A program made the position numbers and the translations under genes. A stretch of DNA of 14,061 nt from Candidatus Eiseniibacteriota bacterium. GTDB lineage: Bacteria > Eisenbacteria > RBG-16-71-46 > SZUA-252. Positions 7,488 through 14,061 of this stretch are shown here, one piece after another (within the stretch, counting starts at the first letter, position 1; each line of letters starts with the position of its first letter). Below the pieces are notes generated by a model. The model was not told where the DNA came from. It saw nothing but the letters and a program-made list of their open reading frames with translations, and did no database searches. The DNA lies in contig JANMQV010000186.1 of NCBI GenBank assembly GCA_031370645.1, positions 1 to 14,061 on the forward strand, written 5' to 3'.

Positions 7488-7584
7488 CATCCTATAGAAC
7501 GCGGGATCCGGGTGAATACCTAAGGTCCAACATATCGACAAACTAAACTAGGGGCACCCTCGCCACCGGAAGGCGGGAGGCTTC

Positions 7585-8235
7585 GTGGGGGACAACATGA
7601 ATCTCAACTGGTTGCGGCCCGGCCGAAGACTACGGCTGGCATTGGTGCTGGTGGCCTGCGTTGGAATCGTCGGAATCGTGATTCCGCTCACCGCCAGGGC
7701 ATTCCCGGTTCTATTCGACGGGCAGCTCTACTACACGGGCGGCGATGTCACCGTCGATGTCCTCCATTACGACTCCGTCTACGACGACGTCCTGCAGCTT
7801 CGGACGTCTCTCGGGAGTTTTGACCTCGCGAAGGGTTCGCATATCGGCAGCAAGATGACGCTGACCGCGGATCAACTCGCCGACATGGGGATCGGGGTGG
7901 GTGACGAACTCCAGTTCGCACTCCACGTGCGAGACACCGGTAATGACTTCTTCCTCGGCTCGGGCGACCGAAATGCCGATGGGATTTCTCATGCATACCT
8001 TCGGTCGGCCCCCGGCAATAAGTTTTACGTCGGGTTCGAAGATCTCATCGGAGGCGGCGACCGCGATTACAACGACACGGTCATCCGCTTCTCGGGTGGG
8101 ATGTCGACGACGCCCACTTCGCTGGCCCTGCACCCCGCATCAGATACACGCGTCGCGCAGGTCGCCGAGCCCTCGATGCTCCTACTCCTGATTCCGGCGA
8201 TCGGACTCTTGAGCTTGAAGCGGCGTACGAAGTAA
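7585..8235 (+). CDS. Secreted DUF4114-domain protein with a PEP-CTERM-like C-terminal sorting signal
   Basis: Signal peptide ending ARA|FP, DUF4114 signature GFEDLIGGGDRDYNDTVIRF, and C-terminus VAEPSMLLLLIPAIGLLSLKRRTK (motif, TM helix, basic tail). The start is GTG 7585 (GGGAGG) or ATG 7597. Confidence 0.85.
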   Translation: MGDNMNLNWLRPGRRLRLALVLVACVGIVGIVIPLTARAFPVLFDGQLYYTGGDVTVDVLHYDSVYDDVLQLRTSLGSFDLAKGSHIGSKMTLTADQLADMGIGVGDELQFALHVRDTGNDFFLGSGDRNADGISHAYLRSAPGNKFYVGFEDLIGGGDRDYNDTVIRFSGGMSTTPTSLALHPASDTRVAQVAEPSMLLLLIPAIGLLSLKRRTK

Positions 8236-8253
8236 GCCACAGCAGTTCACAGC

Positions 8254-8298
8254 GAACGGCCCGGTGGAAGAGCCCCACGCCGGGTCGTTTGTTGTCTT
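8254..8298 (+). terminator. Probable intrinsic terminator after the DUF4114 gene
   Basis: Stem AACGGCCCGG(TGG)...(CCA)CG CCGGGTCGTT (one G-U pair) followed by TGTTGTCTT, 19 nt after the stop. Confidence 0.65.
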
Positions 8299-8375
8299 GA
8301 TCCGAGCCCTCGCCCTGCCCAAGTTCCGTTCCGCCCCATTGCGATGACCTGCTCCCGTTGCCCGCCATTCTCCCG

Positions 8376-8404
8376 TTGTGCCCCCAAGCCGCGGGGTACA
8401 TTAT
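8376..8404 (+). promoter_or_regulatory. Possible sigma-70-type promoter for the TonB-dependent receptor
   Basis: TTGTGC-17 nt-CATTAT, about 70 nt upstream of the ATG; a weak match. Confidence 0.3.
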
Positions 8405-8475
8405 CCCACTCAGGTCAGACGCACCTTTGCGACTCTCTTCCACTCACCCGACCCCCCTGAGCGAGAGGAGATTTC

Positions 8476-11238
8476 ATGAGTCCGGTCCGCATCGCCTCGT
8501 TGGCACTATTCCTCGCCATCTTCCTGCCGCCCGGCGTCTCGTTCGCGCAGAACGGCGCCATCTCCGGCACTGTTACCGACGGTACTGGAGTCGCCGTACC
8601 GGACGCGATCGTTCGCATTGAAGGCACCTCGCTACGAGCCACCACCAACGCGGCGGGCGCCTACGAGATCACCGGGGTTCCGCCTGGGGACCATAAGCTC
8701 CTCGTGGGCTTGATCGGCTTCAAGCCGTCGAAGCGCGAGGTGACGGTTGAGGCGGGTGGATCGGTGGCCGCCGATTTCAAACTGGAGGGAACCCCGATCC
8801 GAATCGCGCCCACGGAAGTCGTGGTCGGATCGCGCGCGCCGCATACCGCGGCCGACGAGCTCGCGGTACCGGTCGACGTCTACACGTCGGAAGAGTTGGC
8901 CAAACAGGGCTCCACCGAGACAGGCCAAATTCTCCAGGCGCTTGCACCGTCGGTCAACTTCCCGCGTCAGAGCGTGACCGACGCAACCGACATTGTTCGC
9001 CCCTTCACGCTCCGGGGTCTCAGTCCCGACCACACGCTCGTTCTGATCGACGGGATGAGGCGTCACCAGACCGCCGTCGTGAACACATTCGCCTACGGCA
9101 CCAACGCCGGTTCGAGCGGCGTCGATATGAACGCGGTGCCGTCGAGCGCCATCGACCGGATCGAGGTGCTGCGGGACGGCGCCTCGGCGCAATATGGCTC
9201 CGACGCGATCGCCGGCGTGGTGAATCTGGTAACGAAGAAGGGCCGCTTCACCCCGTTCGTAAACGTATCCTCGGGACGTTATACGCCCGACGACTACGGC
9301 GACGACGGCACCACCGTGAACGTGAACGGAGGGTGGGGGCTCAAACTGGGAGCGGGCTCACTCGCTCTCTTCGGCGAGTTCCTCGATCGCCAGCCGACGA
9401 ACCGCGCCTGGGCCGATCCCTACGACACGAGTGGCAACGGCGTCGCCGATTCCGTGAACAGCGAGGGGCAGGTCGTCCTGAAGCGAAACTCCGTGCCGCA
9501 GCCGAACCACCACTGGGGCGACGGGCTCGAGAAGGACGTCCTGACCTACGCGACGCTCGATCTCCCGCTCAACGACCGCGCGACGAGTCAGCTGTTCGCG
9601 CATGGCGGGTACAGCTTTCGCCGGGGGACGGGGAATGGCTACCGGCGCTACGCCGACAGCGATCGCAATTGGCCCGAGATCTATCCGCTCGGCTATCTCC
9701 CGGAATTCCGACCCGACGTGAAGGATTACTCGGCGGCCGGCGGAATCCGGACGCAGACGAGCGGGTGGGCGCTCGATCTCAGCGGATCGACCGGCCACAA
9801 CGATTTCGAGTACAACCTCCGCAACACCCTGAACGTGTCGCTCGGGCCCTCTCTCGGCACGGCCACCGCGCCCGGCACCGACGGCATTCCCGGGAACAGC
9901 GATGATCCCGGCATCCCGAACCAGACCTCGTTCTTCGCCGGTCGCGTGGCGCGGACCGAGACGATCGGGAGCGCGAACGCGTCGAAGGGGGTCGAGCTTG
10001 GTCTGCCCCACTTGGTGAACGTCGCGGTCGGCGCCGCCTTCCGGCGCGAGGCGTACAAGATCACGCAGGGTGAACGGGCCTCCTGGATCGACGGCGGCGA
10101 CACGACGCAGTACGGCGGCGATGCTCCCGGCGGCTCGCAGGTCTTCCCGGGTTTCTCCCCCTCGGACGAAGCGGATGCCGACCGGACGAACTTCGGGTCG
10201 TACGTGGATTTGGAATCGAACCTGTCCGAGAAATTCCTGGTGAACGTGGCGGGGCGATTCGAGAACTACAGCGACTTCGGCAGCGTGGTCACGGGGAAAG
10301 CCGCTGTTCGCCTCCAGCCCTCGGCACGGTTGACGCTCCGCGCGGCCGGGAGCACCGGATTTCGTGCGCCGGGGCTCGGCCAGATCCATTTCAGCAAAGT
10401 CGTCACGAATTTCATCGGCGGGGTGGCGGAGGACATCGGCGTGTTCCCGGTCGATCATCCGGCCGCGCGCGCGCTCGGATCGAAAGACTTGAAAGAGGAG
10501 TCGTCCGTGAATCTGAGCGCGGGGCTCGCCTGGAGCCCTCGCGCGAACGTCACCCTGACCGCCGACGTCTTTCAAATCAAACTCAAGGATCGCATCATTC
10601 TGGGTGCGACGTTCGATGACGACAGCACGCGAGCCATTCTGACGGGGGCTGGCTACGCCGACATCGCTGGCGTGCAGTACTTCACGAACGGTCTCGACAC
10701 CAAGACGAAGGGAGTCGACCTGACCGGCGATTGGAAGGTAGCCGCGGGTCGGGGGCGGACTGTCGGATTCACGGGTTCGGTGAATTACACGAAGAACGAG
10801 ATCACGCGCGTCGATCCGCTCCCGGCCGTGCTGCAGGACTCCGAGGAGACCGGGTTGCTGGACGTCGTGACGCGGGTCGCGATCGAGGAAGAGCGCCCCG
10901 ACTGGCGCGGAACGTTCGCGGCCGAATACGCCGCGGGAGCGTTCCGGATGCTAGGGCGCGCCTCGTACTTCGGAAAGTTCGCCTCCGCGCAGCCTGGCTA
11001 CTGCGATGCCTGCCGCGAGGAGTACGGATCGAAGACGCTCATCGACATGGAGGCGGGGTACAAGTTCGCGTCGATGGAACTCTCGGCCGGAGTGAGAAAC
11101 CTCTTCGACACCTACCCGGACAAGGCGACCGACGACTTCAACAACAACTTCGGCACCTTCCCGTGGGCCGCGGCCTCGCCGTTCGGGTACAACGGGAGGT
11201 ATGTGTACGTACGGTCGTCGTTCGCGTTGATGAGGTAA
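8476..11238 (+). CDS. TonB-dependent outer-membrane receptor with an N-terminal carboxypeptidase-regulatory-like domain, 920 aa
   Basis: GAGGAG SD; signal peptide (SFA|Q); GAISGTVTD...GAYEITGVPPG N-domain; plug motifs EVVVGSR, LRGLSPDHTLVLIDG, IDRIEVLRDGASAQYGSDAIAGVVNLVTK; barrel motifs STGFRAPGL, GVRNLFDTYP, GYNGRYVYVR. Confidence 0.96.
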   Translation: MSPVRIASLALFLAIFLPPGVSFAQNGAISGTVTDGTGVAVPDAIVRIEGTSLRATTNAAGAYEITGVPPGDHKLLVGLIGFKPSKREVTVEAGGSVAADFKLEGTPIRIAPTEVVVGSRAPHTAADELAVPVDVYTSEELAKQGSTETGQILQALAPSVNFPRQSVTDATDIVRPFTLRGLSPDHTLVLIDGMRRHQTAVVNTFAYGTNAGSSGVDMNAVPSSAIDRIEVLRDGASAQYGSDAIAGVVNLVTKKGRFTPFVNVSSGRYTPDDYGDDGTTVNVNGGWGLKLGAGSLALFGEFLDRQPTNRAWADPYDTSGNGVADSVNSEGQVVLKRNSVPQPNHHWGDGLEKDVLTYATLDLPLNDRATSQLFAHGGYSFRRGTGNGYRRYADSDRNWPEIYPLGYLPEFRPDVKDYSAAGGIRTQTSGWALDLSGSTGHNDFEYNLRNTLNVSLGPSLGTATAPGTDGIPGNSDDPGIPNQTSFFAGRVARTETIGSANASKGVELGLPHLVNVAVGAAFRREAYKITQGERASWIDGGDTTQYGGDAPGGSQVFPGFSPSDEADADRTNFGSYVDLESNLSEKFLVNVAGRFENYSDFGSVVTGKAAVRLQPSARLTLRAAGSTGFRAPGLGQIHFSKVVTNFIGGVAEDIGVFPVDHPAARALGSKDLKEESSVNLSAGLAWSPRANVTLTADVFQIKLKDRIILGATFDDDSTRAILTGAGYADIAGVQYFTNGLDTKTKGVDLTGDWKVAAGRGRTVGFTGSVNYTKNEITRVDPLPAVLQDSEETGLLDVVTRVAIEEERPDWRGTFAAEYAAGAFRMLGRASYFGKFASAQPGYCDACREEYGSKTLIDMEAGYKFASMELSAGVRNLFDTYPDKATDDFNNNFGTFPWAAASPFGYNGRYVYVRSSFALMR

Positions 11239-11270
11239 GGGGAGGCAGGGATCTACCCCTGCCTCTCCTT
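11237..11270. terminator. Inverted repeat between convergent genes, possible bidirectional terminator
   Basis: AAGGGGAGGCAGGG-atctac-CCCTGCCTCTCCTT is a 14-bp stem (one G-U on the plus strand) that overlaps both stop codons. U-tracts are weak. Confidence 0.6.
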
Positions 11271-11828
11271 CGAGTACTGCCACAGGGCCTTATCGAGGGC
11301 CCGAATTGGCAAGGCCAGCCGGCGGGCGAGCCCGCGCGTGAAATTTAGATACCCCAGCCAGAAATCCATCGTGTACCTCGGTGGGGCGGCGTAGCCGAGG
11401 GACCAAATCGCTCGGTAGTCGAGAATCGGATACGGCCGCGCATCGCAGAAGTGGAGGATGGTGGAAGCGGTGGGCCACTCGACTCCCTCCAGGAGCCGAA
11501 GGAGGTCGATCTTCTGCACCTCATCCGACGTGGCAAGCGCCGCACGGGTAATGGTCTCGATCGTTCGCGTGGTGTTCTTCCGGCAGCGGGGTTTGGTGCG
11601 GACGGACTTCCAGGCGCAGATTTTGAGGAACTCGGAACGCGTGAGAAAACCGCGGACGAGGACGGCAGCCCGAATGCGGTCGCACGCGGCGTCGCCTCCG
11701 CTGTCGCCTCCGCTGTCGCCGCCGCCGCCGCTGTCGCCCCCGCCGTCCGGGAACCGCGCGGCCCACTTCGGGATGTCGGCTTCCGGAAAACGTAGGCGAA
11801 ACTTGTGCCTACTAGAACTCACCGGCAC
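11253..11828 (-). CDS. Hypothetical protein, HhH-GPD DNA glycosylase-like fold, 191 aa
   Basis: LTRSEFLKICAWKS, helix-hairpin-helix-like LRLLEGVEWPTASTIL, then YPILDYRA (Asp at the catalytic position) and C-terminal RALDKALW. It starts 24 nt after the M13 stop; the GTG start is uncertain. Confidence 0.7.
   Translation of the reverse strand: MPVSSSRHKFRLRFPEADIPKWAARFPDGGGDSGGGGDSGGDSGGDAACDRIRAAVLVRGFLTRSEFLKICAWKSVRTKPRCRKNTTRTIETITRAALATSDEVQKIDLLRLLEGVEWPTASTILHFCDARPYPILDYRAIWSLGYAAPPRYTMDFWLGYLNFTRGLARRLALPIRALDKALWQYSKERQG
11691..11744. repeat. In-frame imperfect tandem repeat (12-bp unit GTCGCCTCCGCT) encoding GGGDSGGGGDSGGDSGGD
   Basis: Units at 11691-11702 and 11703-11714 are identical, 11715-11732 is expanded by GCC triplets, and 11733-11744 is degenerate. 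Confidence 0.9.
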
Positions 11829-11852
11829 TGCCCATCGACCCCACCAAACCCC

Positions 11853-13895
11853 TCACCACAACCGAACGCGCTTCTCCGGCGCCAGGTAGTACTTATCCTT
11901 CGCCGAAATCTCCGGAAACGCCTTGTACCACTCATCCAGATTCCGAAGCACCCCCACCACCCGATACGACGGCGGGCTATGCGGATTGGATACCAGCCGC
12001 TGCCGCGTCACCTCGTCCCGGGCCTTGGATCGCCAACTCTGCCCGTACGACAGGAAGAAGCGCTGATCCCCGGTCAGACCGTCGAGAACGGGCGCCTCTT
12101 TCCCTCCGAGGGAAATGCGATACGCCTTGTGGGCGATCGCAAGCCCGCTCAAGTCTCCGATATTCTCCCCGAGCGTGAGCGTCCCATTGATGTGAAGTCC
12201 GGGTAGGGGTTCGTACTCGTCGTATTGTTTCGCCAGCGCCGCGGTGCGCTCGTCGAAGTTCTTCCGGTCCGCATCGGTCCACCAATTCCGCATCATGCCG
12301 GTCCCGTCGTACTTCGACCCCTGATCGTCGAACGCGTGCCCGATCTCGTGCCCGATCGTTCCGCCGATGGAGGCGTAGTTCACCGCGTCGTCCGCGTCGG
12401 CGTCGAACCACGGCGACTGGAGAATTCCCGCCGGGAAGACGATCTCGTTCACGTTCTCATCGTAGTAGGCGTTGATCGTGGGCGGCGACATCCCCCACTC
12501 CGTCTTGTCGACCGGCCCATCGATCCGATCCAGGTCGTGGCGCCACTCGAACGTGTTCGCGCTCTTCAGATCCTCGACGATGTTGCCGCGATCGATGGCG
12601 AGCGCCGAGTAGTCGCGCCAGTAATCGGGGTAGCCGACCTTGATGGTCAGCATGTGGAGCTTCTCCCGCGCCTTCGCGCGAGTCACGTCGGTCATCCAGT
12701 CCAACGTGTTCAGATTCTCATCGAACGCCTTGATCAGGTTGTCGACCAGCGTCCGCACCTTCGCCTTCGATTCGGGAGGGAAGTACTTCGCGGCGTAGAA
12801 CTTTCCGAGGGCCTCGCCCATGCGGCCATCGAGGAAGCGCACGCCGCGCGTCGCACGATCGAGCTGCTTGCTGCGGCCCCCTAGGGTGGTTCCGAAAAAG
12901 GCGAAGTCGGCGTCGTCGAAGCGGTGCGGGAGGCAAGTCGCGAAGGCGTGCACGCATCGGACCGTCAGGTAGTCGCGCCATACGGAAACCGGTGTGGCCG
13001 CGAAGACCGTTGCCATCAGCGGAAACGCGCTTTTCTCGCGCGCGAGGAGGCCGCGGTCCGTGCCGCGCGCCTTGAGCGAGATGCCGGCGCCGGAGATACT
13101 TGCATCCCACGGGAACCCGGGCGCGAGTGACTTCAATTCAGGAATCGTCATCGGGTTGTACGTCTTGTCGGCGTCCCCCGTATCCACAGCCGGCCAATGG
13201 GCGACGGCGAGGTCGTGCTCCAACGCGAAGACGGCGGTGGCTCGGGGCCCGGGATTGGCGACTCCAACCGAAGCCAGAGTCTGAGCAAGGTACTTCTTGT
13301 ACGCCGCCCGCGTCTCCGCGAGCGCCTTGTCGTCGCGCAAGTAGTAGTCGCGATCGGGGAGGCCAAGTCCCGATTGCTCGATCTGGACGATGTAGGAGTT
13401 CGGGTTCTTGTCGTCCACTCCGATGACGAATTCGAACGGCCCCCGGAGATGAAGCGCCGGGAGGGCCATCTCTCTCGCCACGTCGTCGTGCGTTCGAAGC
13501 GCGGCGATCTCGGCGAGATCCTTCTCCAGCGGTTTCAGCCCGGCAGCCTCGATCCGCGCCTCGTTGGTGAACGCGTCGTAGAGGTCGCGGAGTTTCACCT
13601 CCTCGGGGACAAGGTCGGTGCGGGTCTTCAACTCTCCGACGATCGTGCGCAGGCGCTCGTCGTTCCGAAGCCCGACCTCCAGCCCACCGCCCGCCCCGGA
13701 TCGATCGGCGGGGATCACGGCCGTCTTGAGCCAGAGTCCGTTCGCGTAGGCGTAGAAATCGTCGCCGGGCCGGACGGAGCGGTCGATGTATTCGAGATGG
13801 AGTCCCCAAGGCGGGACGAGAGGGGCGGCATGGGCTGGAGCAGTGAAAGTGAAGAAGCCGGCTACCGCTAGAAGAACCAGTATCGTCAGTCTCAT
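11853..13895 (-). CDS. Secreted M13-family zinc metallopeptidase (neprilysin/ECE/PepO-like), 680 aa
   Basis: Signal peptide ending AHA|A; PGDDFYAYANG, GLGLPDRDYY, INAYY, IVFPAGILQ, HEIGH zinc motif, GENIGD, and NPHSPPSYRV. Confidence 0.97.
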   Translation of the reverse strand: MRLTILVLLAVAGFFTFTAPAHAAPLVPPWGLHLEYIDRSVRPGDDFYAYANGLWLKTAVIPADRSGAGGGLEVGLRNDERLRTIVGELKTRTDLVPEEVKLRDLYDAFTNEARIEAAGLKPLEKDLAEIAALRTHDDVAREMALPALHLRGPFEFVIGVDDKNPNSYIVQIEQSGLGLPDRDYYLRDDKALAETRAAYKKYLAQTLASVGVANPGPRATAVFALEHDLAVAHWPAVDTGDADKTYNPMTIPELKSLAPGFPWDASISGAGISLKARGTDRGLLAREKSAFPLMATVFAATPVSVWRDYLTVRCVHAFATCLPHRFDDADFAFFGTTLGGRSKQLDRATRGVRFLDGRMGEALGKFYAAKYFPPESKAKVRTLVDNLIKAFDENLNTLDWMTDVTRAKAREKLHMLTIKVGYPDYWRDYSALAIDRGNIVEDLKSANTFEWRHDLDRIDGPVDKTEWGMSPPTINAYYDENVNEIVFPAGILQSPWFDADADDAVNYASIGGTIGHEIGHAFDDQGSKYDGTGMMRNWWTDADRKNFDERTAALAKQYDEYEPLPGLHINGTLTLGENIGDLSGLAIAHKAYRISLGGKEAPVLDGLTGDQRFFLSYGQSWRSKARDEVTRQRLVSNPHSPPSYRVVGVLRNLDEWYKAFPEISAKDKYYLAPEKRVRLW

Positions 13896-14061
13896 AGGTC
13901 GATTTTACGCTCCGTGTGTCATCCAACGAAGGAACTTCATCTCACGTGGTTCGGCGCGCCTGAGCCATGAATCGCAGCAACACGGTGGCATGCGGCTCGG
14001 GCAAGGTCGGAGCGATTTCATACACTCTCTTCGCGGCCCAGCAAAGTTCCGAATCGGAGGC

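Noticed and set aside
7282..7546. Small ORFs 7282..7485 (-) and 7349..7546 (+) in the divergent intergenic region
   Set aside because: They have no convincing SD or protein features and overlap the promoter-like motifs. A small peptide cannot be fully excluded.
7597..7640. Twin-arginine (Tat) signal in the DUF4114 protein (GRRLRL)
   Set aside because: It lacks the S/T-R-R-x-F-L consensus and reads as an ordinary basic Sec n-region.
8236..8475. Cobalamin, TPP or glycine riboswitch, or Fur box, before the TonB receptor
   Set aside because: The hallmark conserved sequences are not present. The main hairpin is better explained as the upstream gene's terminator.
11691..11744. Repeat considered as a CRISPR-like array
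   Set aside because: The units are 12-18 bp with no spacers, lie in frame within a CDS, and there are no cas genes.
2245..13901. Identical 10-mer CGACCTATGA spanning the start codons of the methyltransferase (2245-2254) and the M13 peptidase (13892-13901)
   Set aside because: It is short, includes the ATG itself, and the flanks differ; most likely chance.
8632..13926. Alternative-frame and antisense ORFs within the receptor and peptidase (e.g. 9358..10575, 10731..11348, 12225..12884, 13138..13926, 13197..13871)
   Set aside because: They overlap strongly supported CDSs almost entirely and have composition typical of GC-rich shadow frames.
13930..14061. GGAACTT motifs on both strands (ECF-sigma -35-like) and a terminal GGAGG
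   Set aside because: No matching -10 element at the proper spacing. The GGAGG may be the SD of a gene beyond the window but cannot be verified.

Overview
GC-rich window from a probably diderm bacterium (it carries a TonB-dependent receptor and a PEP-CTERM-like protein), dominated by envelope and secreted functions. Minus strand, left to right: a DUF2339-like membrane protein running off the left edge (<1-1289, missed by the ORF track), a class I SAM methyltransferase, a secreted alkaline-phosphatase/NPP-superfamily enzyme, and a tightly coupled four-gene operon transcribed as PAP2 - DUF1206 - diacylglycerol-kinase-family kinase - second PAP2. A ~540 bp intergenic region with two divergent sigma-54-like -24/-12 boxes and central palindromes/repeats separates this operon from a plus-strand secreted DUF4114 protein with a variant PEP-CTERM tail (VAEP). 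A 920-aa TonB-dependent receptor follows. Converging on it from the right are an M13 metallopeptidase and a small HhH-glycosylase-like protein. I saw no RNA genes, CRISPR arrays or mobile elements. The best candidate for an undescribed system is a divergent sigma-54 module linking a lipid-phosphate kinase/phosphatase operon to a surface-sorted protein; this is inferred from motifs, not established. All family calls come from motif recognition by eye, with no database search.
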